A stretch of DNA of 64,000 nt from a virus (IMGVR_UViG_3300049847_000494:32001-96000), one strand, 5' to 3'. Shown: positions 18,600-27,494, counted from the first letter of the stretch. The notes: generated from the sequence alone by a model not told the origin. Translations and numbers: made by a program.

Positions 18600-19154
18600 T
18601 TACTTTCTGTATGTGGTAGGACCTGATTGATGTTGATACCGAGAACCTAACGAAGGTGAACCGTAAGGAACAGCAACAGGTTTAGATAGCTGTATAAACC
18701 TTAATTGAGCAATAGGCATACCAGGGTATAATACTACATCAAAAGGACCTACATTTACAATCTCTAGTGTAATCGTACCATGAAAACCTGGTACAATGCC
18801 ACCACAAGCTACATGAGGTACTAAAAAAGTTCGAGCTAACGTAGATTTACCTTCTAACTCTAGATGTAGATCAGCTGGCAATGTCATGTATTCTACAGTA
18901 GAACCTAACACAGCTTTACCTGAGCGTAAAGTATAACTAGACCCGTTAGGTATGATATCTGTCATGGTATACTTTGTAAAATACTTAGATATGTCAGTAT
19001 ACCGTAAATCAATACTTTTAGGATTGTAGTTATCAGGTATCAAAAGGTCAGCCGCTAAACTACAATCATAAGAAGTAGGTTGTACCTTAGAAGGATCAAA
19101 ATTCTTTATAACAGAAGGACCAATATTAATAATATCAGTATCAGTTAAAAACAT
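18600..19154 (-). CDS. dcd: dCTP deaminase
   Basis: VQPTSYD, EGKSTLAR, PGFHGTITLEI, YPGMPIAQL and PYG...RYQHQ. Confidence 0.9.
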   Translation of the reverse strand: MFLTDTDIINIGPSVIKNFDPSKVQPTSYDCSLAADLLIPDNYNPKSIDLRYTDISKYFTKYTMTDIIPNGSSYTLRSGKAVLGSTVEYMTLPADLHLELEGKSTLARTFLVPHVACGGIVPGFHGTITLEIVNVGPFDVVLYPGMPIAQLRFIQLSKPVAVPYGSPSLGSRYQHQSGPTTYRK

Positions 19155-19169
19155 GGCACACCGTTCGTT

Positions 19170-19514
19170 CTATTTAGATAATTTTATACGGGTTTTTGCT
19201 TTGTATGAACGCATTAAATCACTTGAGTCTAAGCTACCACCTAGTTTTAGGAACTTAAATCTCCATGTGGCATTATGATAATACTGATTAGATAGTATAT
19301 GTGCTAATTCATGTAAGCACAAATTTATGTCACGCATAACCTTACGATCTTTAAAGCAAATCCAGCCTCTAAAATCATCAGAGGCTTGAACATGTGCATG
19401 AGCTAATGTATCTTTAGGTAAAGGCTTATTTTCGACACAGTTATCAACGTATACACCTTGAACATCTGCAACCTGCAGTACTTTAGGTCGTTTTCTATAA
19501 GGTATTACAGGCAT
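19170..19514 (-). CDS. SprT-like zincin metalloprotease domain protein
   Basis: LHELAH followed by HNATWR. Confidence 0.7.
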   Translation of the reverse strand: MPVIPYRKRPKVLQVADVQGVYVDNCVENKPLPKDTLAHAHVQASDDFRGWICFKDRKVMRDINLCLHELAHILSNQYYHNATWRFKFLKLGGSLDSSDLMRSYKAKTRIKLSK

Positions 19515-19517
19515 AAG

Positions 19518-20306
19518 TTACACGTCTAAAAGTTTCCAAACAGCAGGGTAGTTGTACTCAGCATGTGCTGTATACACACACAAATTATTTAAAGGTTGGT
19601 AAGTAGCTGCATCATGTGTATGACCACAAAATACATTAAATTTAACTGATGGAAAAGTTCCAGCTACATCTAACAACATATCACCAAAAGTCATATTTAC
19701 AAAATAAGGCTGTGCAAAAGGTTCTGAAATTTTACCTTTGTATAAGCTACTTTGTATGTAAGGAGGTACATGCGTAGCAAAATATACATTAGAGTATTGA
19801 TTAGCAGCTAAAGTGAGGTCAGCTTTAGCTTGTACTGCCATCTTCTCAACTACTACTTTACAAGTTTCAGATAGAGAACTTGTGGTTCTAAGAACTAAAT
19901 TTGCGGAAAAATCAGTAAGTATAAAATTAGAATTTTTAGATCCTGCTTTCATATCATAGAAGCCCATATTACCTACCAAACAAGTAGTAGGTGTTATTTC
20001 CTGTACACCAGAAACATCTAAGAAAACAAGATTACTATTAGGCTTTGCAGTTAGATTAACACACATAGCCTTAACTTTAGCAAATGTAGAATAATAAATA
20101 TCATGATTTCCTAAAGTGAAATAAACCTTACCTTTAAAGTTATCGGCAAAACTAGTAAGGTGCATATGCAATCGTTTACTATCAGAAATGTCACCAGTTA
20201 TCATAACAGCATCTGCGCCGTAACTGCTAGTTTGACGAGCAAAAGCTTTGACAGTATCTATAGATACAAAATCAAAATGACAATCTGAAATCCAAGCTAA
20301 TTTCAC
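19518..20306 (-). CDS. metallophosphoesterase, Icc/CpdA-like
   Basis: SDCH, TGDIS, GNHD, THVPP and GHTH. Confidence 0.85.
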   Translation of the reverse strand: MKLAWISDCHFDFVSIDTVKAFARQTSSYGADAVMITGDISDSKRLHMHLTSFADNFKGKVYFTLGNHDIYYSTFAKVKAMCVNLTAKPNSNLVFLDVSGVQEITPTTCLVGNMGFYDMKAGSKNSNFILTDFSANLVLRTTSSLSETCKVVVEKMAVQAKADLTLAANQYSNVYFATHVPPYIQSSLYKGKISEPFAQPYFVNMTFGDMLLDVAGTFPSVKFNVFCGHTHDAATYQPLNNLCVYTAHAEYNYPAVWKLLDV

Positions 20307-20315
20307 TATATTACC

Positions 20316-20639
20316 CTAGTTAAGTCGCTTTTTAGGATCAACATCAGGAAATGTCTTAATATCAAATTCAACCAAATTATCAGTAACTAACTCATCTGTT
20401 GAGTCTTCTTCTAGATCATAGGTATCTTCAATATATCCTAACTCGTCAAGATCTTCAACAAAAGATAGTGTTAGTTCAACTAAATCAGTAACAGCTATAG
20501 AATTACCGTTTTCTATACGTTCAACTAAATGCTTTAGCAGTGCTACAGCATCATCTTTATCTTCCATCAATAGAGCTGTGAGCGTACCATATAAAAGAGA
20601 AATAGTTTCAAGATCCTTTAATGATTCTTTATCTGACAT
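20316..20639 (-). CDS. acidic hypothetical protein
   Basis: 107 aa, Asp/Glu-rich. Confidence 0.65.
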   Translation of the reverse strand: MSDKESLKDLETISLLYGTLTALLMEDKDDAVALLKHLVERIENGNSIAVTDLVELTLSFVEDLDELGYIEDTYDLEEDSTDELVTDNLVEFDIKTFPDVDPKKRLN

Positions 20640-20655
20640 ATTACTACTTTCTTTG

Positions 20656-21060
20656 TTAATTAGAAACTTCTGTAGTACCTTGACTTTTTAAGTAATTTTT
20701 ATGGCTTTGCGTAGTGATCTCATGACATTCTATAAACATCAAAACTAAATGATAAAAACAAAAAATAACAAAGGCTATAAAAGCTAAAAATAAAGCTATA
20801 TAGCTTAGCAGCAGTATTATGTCAAATACTAAACTTAGAAATGGTATAGAAAGTAGCGTAACTACTAAAAGTAACAAAGCTAATACTTGATGATTCTCAG
20901 TAAAAAGAATATTAACTTTAGAAATACTTAAAGCTACTGTAACGAATATAAAAAGTGACTTTATGGGTATAAGAGTATTATTTATATCTGACGACCAATG
21001 ACTTCTTAGATTAAACTCCCAAGCATTATCCGCTAAATTCCGCCAATCACTGTTAAGCAT
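20656..21060 (-). CDS. membrane protein with about three TM helices
   Basis: Long hydrophobic stretches; AAGGAG SD. Confidence 0.7.
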   Translation of the reverse strand: MLNSDWRNLADNAWEFNLRSHWSSDINNTLIPIKSLFIFVTVALSISKVNILFTENHQVLALLLLVVTLLSIPFLSLVFDIILLLSYIALFLAFIAFVIFCFYHLVLMFIECHEITTQSHKNYLKSQGTTEVSN

Positions 21061-21078
21061 GTTTATCTCCTTGTCTAC

Positions 21079-21107
21079 AGACTAAGCTAGTAGAGGAAGG
21101 AAGTAAA
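21079..21107 (-). promoter_or_regulatory. sigma70-like promoter
   Basis: TTTACT-17 nt-TAGTCT just upstream of the SD of 20656..21060. Confidence 0.45.
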
Positions 21108-21115
21108 CAAGCTAA

Positions 21116-21571
21116 TTACCAATCTTCGTCTTCATTACGTTCGCGCGACTTTTTACGAAATCTATCTCGCCTAGAATTAGGCTCCTTACCTGTAAACATA
21201 TCTTGTTGATATATTGGATAAACTGGCTTGTCTTCTCTTAAAGAGATTCGAGATTTAGCGGCTATAGGAGGATCTACCATAGCTTGTTTGTTATACTTAC
21301 TCTCTACAACAGGTGATTTCTTCCCGGAAGATTTATTCTGAGCTTCGTTTACAGTCAAAGACCTACCATCTAAATAAGCACCATGTAGTGCATTTAGCAA
21401 AGCGATTGAATTAGTAGAGTCAACATCTACAAAACCAAAACCTCTAGATTTATTAGTGGTTTTATCTAAAACTAGGCTAACAGCCTTTGGCTTAAATCCC
21501 TTAGAAGCAAAAAGATTAAAGATAGATTCTTCTGTGGAAGAGAATGATAGATTCCCGACAAATAGGCGCAC
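21116..21571 (-). CDS. RRM (RNP-1) RNA-binding protein
   Basis: RNP-2 LFVGNL, RNP-1 RGFGFVDV and LHGAYLDGRSLTVNEA; charged tail ending in W. Confidence 0.92.
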   Translation of the reverse strand: MRLFVGNLSFSSTEESIFNLFASKGFKPKAVSLVLDKTTNKSRGFGFVDVDSTNSIALLNALHGAYLDGRSLTVNEAQNKSSGKKSPVVESKYNKQAMVDPPIAAKSRISLREDKPVYPIYQQDMFTGKEPNSRRDRFRKKSRERNEDEDW

Positions 21572-21584
21572 AACTAAATATCCT

Positions 21585-21752
21585 TTATATTAAATCAACT
21601 TTATTAATAGTATAAAACTCATACTTATAATTTGTAAGCTTTTCTAATGCGTTTTTATAAGCTAGAGCATCATCTTGCTTAAGAAAGACACGTATAGGGT
21701 AAGATTCCCCTCCTGGTATCTTACGACTAATTACATAACATTCAGTCGGCAT
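21585..21752 (-). CDS. small hypothetical protein, 55 aa (MPTECYVISRK...)
   Basis: Fills the gap exactly; GGAG upstream; not in the ORF track. Confidence 0.55.
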   Translation of the reverse strand: MPTECYVISRKIPGGESYPIRVFLKQDDALAYKNALEKLTNYKYEFYTINKVDLI

Positions 21753-22536
21753 TTTCTAAGAACTCCACGTCATTATCTTTGAAACGTAATTTCATAATTT
21801 CAAAAGCTTCTGGATTAGAATCAGCTAAAAGGAAGTTACGACCTGTAGTGAGAGCTGCTGCACCTGTTGTACCACTACCAGCAAAAATGTCAACAACTAA
21901 ACCACCACGTGGACAAGAAGCTCGAATAATACGACTTAAAACATCTAAAGGTTTCTGGGTAGGGTACCCAGTTTTTTCTTTGCTATTAGGTGAAACAATC
22001 GTATGCCACCAGAAATCAGTATCAGGGATATCACTCCAAGCTGACGTAGGAGTCTTGCCTTTAGCAGCTTTTTCAGGACCACATAAGCCAGGTGCTAAAT
22101 AAGGCAATCTATCTGTTTCATCGTAAGAAAAGTAATATTGATTTATATCCTTAACATACACTAAAATGTTGTTGTGTTTGTTAGACCACTTCTTTTTGTT
22201 CCTGGCACCATAATCAAATGCCCAGATAATCTCATTGAGGAAGTTATCTCTACCAAAAACCTGATCAATCATTACCTTAGCGTAATGGACTTCCCGGTAA
22301 TCCAAGTGGCAATAAAAGCTCCCAGTAGGCTTCAGTATACGATGAATTTCCTCCACACGTGGTTGTAGGAACCCAAGGAAATCGCTGAAGGTATCAGGGT
22401 AACTTGGACCATCCTTAGTACGCTTTTGAACTATCTTTGTATTGAATGGCGGATCGACATATATTAAATCGACACTGGCGTCAGTTATATGCTTTAAAAC
22501 AGCTATATTATCAGCTAAATATACTTTGTTTAACAT
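21742..22536 (-). CDS. N6-adenine/N4-cytosine DNA methyltransferase, beta class, orphan
   Basis: DPPF before YPTQKP and DIFAGSGTT. Confidence 0.92.
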   Translation of the reverse strand: MLNKVYLADNIAVLKHITDASVDLIYVDPPFNTKIVQKRTKDGPSYPDTFSDFLGFLQPRVEEIHRILKPTGSFYCHLDYREVHYAKVMIDQVFGRDNFLNEIIWAFDYGARNKKKWSNKHNNILVYVKDINQYYFSYDETDRLPYLAPGLCGPEKAAKGKTPTSAWSDIPDTDFWWHTIVSPNSKEKTGYPTQKPLDVLSRIIRASCPRGGLVVDIFAGSGTTGAAALTTGRNFLLADSNPEAFEIMKLRFKDNDVEFLENAD

Positions 22537-23324
22537 AAAACCTCGGTTAAGTTACTATATAGGTCTTCAGCTCGATTACCAGATAAACCTGACATCTGCC
22601 CGTCATTAAGCTCTACAACCTTCCATTTACCATCAGCTGTTTGAGCTACATCTATTACAAAAAAGGGTACATTAGGGGAAACTATTGAGATTACTTCATT
22701 TAACCAGCTTAGTGGTACTTCGGATATATCTGGGATATAAGGTAGATCTTCAGAAAAAGCATCCCAGTAGAAGCCACCTGTGAGGATTTGACCATGACAT
22801 ACAAAATATCTAAATTCCTTAGTAATAGGTAGACCTGTCAGGGTCGTACCTAAACGGTATAGCTCCTCATAGCGTCTAATGTAGATATGCTGTGTACCTA
22901 CAAGCGAGTCTTGTTGTAGGGCTACATGTACTTTTACAGCGTCTTCCCAAGTTTCGGCGTACATTTTAGTTAGAAACTGGTTTTTCAGGCTATTGGTAGC
23001 ACCTTTTAGTATAAAAGGTGCTTCAGACTTAGGTACCTGATCAAGTGAATACCAAGTTTGGAAAGTAAAGTTTTCTAAATCGGAATAATAGTTACCTAAA
23101 TCTGCAACATAGTTATGTTCGCTAACAGAATTAATAAGCTTAGAGTTGTTAAAGGTAATATCAGTAAAAACTTCTTGATAAAAGGGTAGCACAGAATACC
23201 TACCAATAACCAAAGAGTTAGGTGGTATTCTACTTCTAGAGGTGTAAGCTGGAAAGCTAGCCTTAATTGCCTCTATCTCAAAGCTTTCAAGCTCTGAGGG
23301 TCGATATAATATAATAGGTTTCAA
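22530..23324 (-). CDS. ATP-grasp domain protein (DUF4343/R2K-like)
   Basis: EFRYFV, FFVIDVA and WKVVELNDGQMSG. Confidence 0.8.
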   Translation of the reverse strand: MKPIILYRPSELESFEIEAIKASFPAYTSRSRIPPNSLVIGRYSVLPFYQEVFTDITFNNSKLINSVSEHNYVADLGNYYSDLENFTFQTWYSLDQVPKSEAPFILKGATNSLKNQFLTKMYAETWEDAVKVHVALQQDSLVGTQHIYIRRYEELYRLGTTLTGLPITKEFRYFVCHGQILTGGFYWDAFSEDLPYIPDISEVPLSWLNEVISIVSPNVPFFVIDVAQTADGKWKVVELNDGQMSGLSGNRAEDLYSNLTEVLC

Positions 23325-23422
23325 ATCGTTGTGCCTCGCAACTTAGCTAAATATTTAGTAGCATTAATAGCCGTAACAGGGAGATTCACAGAAATTGTAA
23401 CAAAATCATATACTTCTGGCAT
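23321..23422 (-). pseudogene. truncated ribbon-helix-helix-like ORF, 33 aa
   Basis: ISVNLP...A...LAKLRGTTI followed by a stop where helix 2 of an RHH domain would begin. Confidence 0.35.
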
Positions 23423-23436
23423 AGTTTAAGTCTCAA

Positions 23437-23802
23437 TTAAAGATTAGATTTACCATCGGGTGTATTGTAGCCTAAAAATCCTATGATTACATTCTGCACA
23501 AGAGCATCAGGATCAAATTCCATCTCTTTACCATTCATGGTACTAGCTTTAATTGCATATTGCAATACTTTTCTAATACCATCTTCGTACCTTTTACGAT
23601 CAGGATCTGATGTTCCTGTTTGGAATAGGATAGGAGGCTCACCACGATCCTCGTAGACCCAATGATCCTCCGGTAAAGGCAAAGTACCTGTGAAAAAACC
23701 ACTACCATCAGGCAGCTTAGTTACCTTTGAAAATATAAAGTTTGGCTTTCGGTGCTCAGCACACGTCCAATCTTCAGCACAATCACAGTCTTCTCCAGTC
23801 AT
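23437..23802 (-). CDS. phage hypothetical protein
   Basis: ATGA-coupled; GGTGG SD; 121 aa. Confidence 0.7.
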   Translation of the reverse strand: MTGEDCDCAEDWTCAEHRKPNFIFSKVTKLPDGSGFFTGTLPLPEDHWVYEDRGEPPILFQTGTSDPDRKRYEDGIRKVLQYAIKASTMNGKEMEFDPDALVQNVIIGFLGYNTPDGKSNL

Positions 23803-24398
23803 TCACCACCACCTTTCTGAGCCTTTTTAACCAGTTTAGTTACTTCTTCAATAGGTGCTGGGTAGTAATCCCAAGCATCTACACCCACATGGACAGTATT
23901 TTTACTTGTTAACTTTACAGTATCGTGTGTATGACCATGAACAATTACTGTGCCATTTCTGGGTGGTCGTTTATCTTGGTGACGCATATCCTGGGAATAA
24001 CCTGCAAAAGGGTAATGTGAGTAATAAACAGGTATACCATCTATACTTGATTTAAAGTATTTAGGATAAATATCTAAAAATCCCATTTCTTTAAATTGAG
24101 CATCTTTAAACGATTTATCATGATTTCCCCTAAGTAGGTACTTTTGACCATTAAGGGATTGGGTTATTTCTTTAGCTACCAGAAAAGGTAAGAAAAAGCA
24201 ATCCCCTAAGAAAAGGACCTTGTCATTAGGACCTACTAAGGCATTGTACCTATTGATAAGCTCCTCTTCCATATGTGTTATATGGGTAAAAGGTCTGTTA
24301 GAATAGGTTATGATCGATTTATGTCCAAAATGAGTATCAGAATATAAATAAGAAAAATCAATATTTTGAGATATAATCAAGTTTATTATACCTTTCAC
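23799..24398 (-). CDS. calcineurin-like phosphoesterase (phage type)
   Basis: SDTHFGH, LGD, GNHD, SHYP, HGHTH and VGVDAW. Confidence 0.9.
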   Translation of the reverse strand: MKGIINLIISQNIDFSYLYSDTHFGHKSIITYSNRPFTHITHMEEELINRYNALVGPNDKVLFLGDCFFLPFLVAKEITQSLNGQKYLLRGNHDKSFKDAQFKEMGFLDIYPKYFKSSIDGIPVYYSHYPFAGYSQDMRHQDKRPPRNGTVIVHGHTHDTVKLTSKNTVHVGVDAWDYYPAPIEEVTKLVKKAQKGGGE

Positions 24399-25314
24399 CT
24401 TTCATATATCTAGAGATTAATTTCAAGCAAATATCGTGCTCCTCCCAACTATTTTGATAGTATTTTATGTCATGAAAAAGTTCTTCTAAGGTTTTATTAC
24501 TACTTTTACTAAATATTTTTCTAATATTGTCACTGTGGGACATAATTGTCCTATTAGCAGGATGACGTAATATTTCAGGAAATACACCTACTTTAAAACC
24601 ATCCCATCTTGAATAAGAATGATCTCTAACAACACCTTTACTATTTGTATCTTTATTAAAAACACCTAATTTAGGTAATATTTCAGGAAATACACCTACT
24701 TTAAAACCATCCCATCTTGAATAAGAATGATCTCTAACAACACCTTTACTATTTGTATCTTTATTAAAAACACCTAATTTAGGTAATTTTTCTAGCTGTT
24801 CTTTGTCTGTAACTAAATCAAACATTTTAGAAATCCAGTTTGCTAATTTAAAATATAACTTATATTCATCTTGATCTATAAGTGGAATCCAATATCCAGA
24901 GGCTTCCATTTTTAGTCTATACTCTTTTTTATAACTATCAGTAAATTTCGCAGCAGAGGCTTTACCAATAATAGCCTTCATGTCATCACTATGAGGAGTA
25001 CCTTTTCTACCTATATTAGCTTTTGACATTTTGGCTCTAGACTCTGCAGACATTACTTTGCCTCTATGAAAATCCCCTATAGCATCTCTCCTCTCTTTTG
25101 TCATATGCGAGGATGTTCTCAAACTACCAGCAATTTTCTGCTCCTCTGTCCACTTATTCCCCAAATTTGGATTATTTTCGCCTTTAAGAGATTCTTTATA
25201 AGACAAACCTTTACATGCATTACTACAAAATATTCTGGGTCTTAGTAGGTGTTTATAGCGCTCAACTATAGTATTACATACGATACAAGCTACTTTAACT
25301 TTAATTTTAGGCAT
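24358..25314 (-). mobile_element. free-standing NUMOD3/HNH-like homing endonuclease gene
   Basis: N-terminal CxxC...FCSxxC, NUMOD3-like repeats (GKVMSAESRAKMSKANIG, HSDDMKAIIG) and C-terminal RDH...HPAN...N. Confidence 0.75.
24567..24787. repeat. perfect 108-bp tandem duplication with 5-bp GTAAT junction microhomology
   Basis: 24567-24674 is identical to 24675-24782; duplicates 36 aa in frame. Confidence 0.95.
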
Positions 25315-25319
25315 GATAT

Positions 25320-25347
25320 ATTAGTAATAATAATTATTATTACTAAT
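25320..25347. promoter_or_regulatory. perfect 28-bp palindrome between the SD and start codon of the endonuclease
   Basis: ATTAGTAATAATAATTATTATTACTAAT is its own reverse complement. Confidence 0.7.
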
Positions 25348-25382
25348 GTGCCTCAATGGGGGTCCGATATTAAAAATTATAA

Positions 25383-25574
25383 TTAGTCATACTCACGAGG
25401 ATCTGTTAGTAGAGGCTTAAAAGCTAACAAATCATTACCATTGACCCATAAATAATTAGCGGATTTAAAAGCTAACTTATTTAAGGAATCTAATGTATGC
25501 GTATTACCTTGTAAATCAGTATCACCAACAGATAACAAAGCGATTACAATATAAGGATTAGATTTTTTGACCAT
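25383..25574 (-). CDS. small hypothetical protein
   Basis: 63-aa ORF in the gene-dense strand. Confidence 0.5.
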   Translation of the reverse strand: MVKKSNPYIVIALLSVGDTDLQGNTHTLDSLNKLAFKSANYLWVNGNDLLAFKPLLTDPREYD

Positions 25575-25620
25575 TTATTTACGCGCCATGCTTTTGACCT
25601 AATTTACAATTATTTGTATC

Positions 25621-26712
25621 TTAAGGTGGTGTGATTGATTTATACTTATATTGTAGTACGCGCTGTACCTTAGATCTACTTAAATTTAGATAATTTAAAG
25701 CGTAGTTAGTTAGTTTTCTATTGTCAGTAATATCATTAAGTTTTACATTTTTTGTATTCAATAACCAACTTTCAAAATCTTCTAAATTCTTATCGTAAAG
25801 AATGTCAACAAATTTAGCCATTTTAGAGTCTAAACTTGATTTAATAGCATTATAAAACTCAGCAGATGAAAATTGTTGTTCAGGTGAACATTGAAGGGTA
25901 CTTGCATCTTTTAGCATAGAATCTGTAGTATCATAATCTAATCGATATGTTGAAATCTGATAATCTTCTACCTGATTAGCACAAAAACCTGTTTGCTCTC
26001 GACAAAGTTTACATGCACCACAATCTTTCTGTACACTAAATATGCGAGCCCGTTTCTTTGTCGTATAAAAATGTATAAAATTAGTTAAATAGTTCTTAAT
26101 ACCTTGTTTTACATAATTTTCTATTTTAAGTAGATCATGTATACCATTTTTATGTAGATGCTCATAATACCTTATCAACTTCAAGGCTTTAGTTTGCAGT
26201 TCACTACATAAATCTTCAGGTAGTATAGCATGATCCGCTGTAGATATAAAAGCAAGTTTTTTATAAGCTAATAATTTACAAAATTTAGTTACACCTTTAA
26301 GGACAACTGCTAAGTCTTTATCTGATAAAGGTTTGAGTAATACGTCCTCTGTTGTGGAGAATTTTATAAAAGTTGACAAATCTCTATTAGGTAGACCATC
26401 TAAACAAAAATATACGTCGGATGGACTAATATTTTCCTTTTTAGCCGAATCTTCAATAGATATACCATCACGGTATATCCTGATACAGGATCTCCAAATA
26501 GCACGAGTTAGATAAGAATCTGTGATAGCAGCTTTTAAAGGCTTCAACAATTCCTTTGATTTTAGCTTAGAGGATAAAAGATACATCATTTCATCATAAA
26601 GTTTTACATTATCCAATAAAACTAAATAGGATACGGCTCTATAGGCTAACTGTAAATCCCCATAAGTTAATGTTTCAAAAAAAGGATTTAATTTTTGACT
26701 AAATGTCTGCAT
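25621..26712 (-). CDS. divergent phage RNA polymerase sigma-like factor (putative late transcription factor)
   Basis: Region-2-like pattern LLAYKKLAF...EDLCSEL...ALK...NYVKQGIKNYLTNFI...KR; Cys-cluster insertion; HTH-like C-terminus; AGGAG SD. Confidence 0.55.
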   Translation of the reverse strand: MQTFSQKLNPFFETLTYGDLQLAYRAVSYLVLLDNVKLYDEMMYLLSSKLKSKELLKPLKAAITDSYLTRAIWRSCIRIYRDGISIEDSAKKENISPSDVYFCLDGLPNRDLSTFIKFSTTEDVLLKPLSDKDLAVVLKGVTKFCKLLAYKKLAFISTADHAILPEDLCSELQTKALKLIRYYEHLHKNGIHDLLKIENYVKQGIKNYLTNFIHFYTTKKRARIFSVQKDCGACKLCREQTGFCANQVEDYQISTYRLDYDTTDSMLKDASTLQCSPEQQFSSAEFYNAIKSSLDSKMAKFVDILYDKNLEDFESWLLNTKNVKLNDITDNRKLTNYALNYLNLSRSKVQRVLQYKYKSITPP

Positions 26713-26723
26713 AAACTCCTAGT

Positions 26724-27494
26724 TTAGTCAAGATCTTGTTGTTTTTGTTGCTCTTTTGCGTTTTTCTCCACCTGTTCTGGATCTTGTTCGAATTCATCAC
26801 AAATATCAGACTTCTCGTATACATGCTCTTTGGTATACATGCATACACGTAAGTTTACGCAATCACCGCAATAGTTAGGCGTCTCATCAAATTCTTTATT
26901 TATCTTTGATACGGAGTCTTTCACATTTTCAAAACATATATCACAAAAGCTTTCAGCTTGAGAAATAGCATTAGGTTGTGGACATACTTGCATAATACAC
27001 CCTAAACCAAGACAATGAGCACCATCTAACTCCACCATAGAGTCAGGGTATAGCTTAGAAAGCTTATCCAAAGCACCTTGCTGTATAAGCGTGGCTTTGG
27101 TATCATTCATAAGCTCCCTTTTAGCTTTAACTTGCATAACCATCTTATGAGATCGACGACGAACAGCTTTAAGGGAATGACCGAGCTCATGTAGGGCTAT
27201 TGTACACAAGGTCTCTGCATCAGGATGTGATGCAAACATCAATTTACCCATAGATTGCCCGGCAAGAGGCTTGACGGTTTCAGCTGCTACTAACATCCTA
27301 AGATGTCCACGAGGTAAAGGCAAGCCCCAAATACCAGCTTGCTTGTAAGCAGCTTCAACATAACAAGATAAAAGCCTATCATGCTTCGCTGGTGCTTTCC
27401 GCACCATATAGTTTAAATTCATCTTGACCAGCTTCTCCAGGAAGAGCTTTAATGACATCTCTTCTGCGCCTTCAAGTAAATATATTTCTAACAC
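26724..27494 (-). CDS. archaemetzincin-like (M54) zinc metallopeptidase with an insertion
   Basis: HELGH ... HCLGLGCIM ... FCDIC, plus an extra C-terminal Cys cluster. Confidence 0.6.
   Translation of the reverse strand: MLEIYLLEGAEEMSLKLFLEKLVKMNLNYMVRKAPAKHDRLLSCYVEAAYKQAGIWGLPLPRGHLRMLVAAETVKPLAGQSMGKLMFASHPDAETLCTIALHELGHSLKAVRRRSHKMVMQVKAKRELMNDTKATLIQQGALDKLSKLYPDSMVELDGAHCLGLGCIMQVCPQPNAISQAESFCDICFENVKDSVSKINKEFDETPNYCGDCVNLRVCMYTKEHVYEKSDICDEFEQDPEQVEKNAKEQQKQQDLD

Noticed and set aside
24358-25380. Group I intron around the NUMOD3-HNH gene
   Set aside because: No room for an intron core and no split host gene; the downstream phosphoesterase has all its motifs
25383-25574. Similarity of DTDLQGN...DSLNKLA to XkdF-like protease N-termini
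   Set aside because: Too short and weak to support a call
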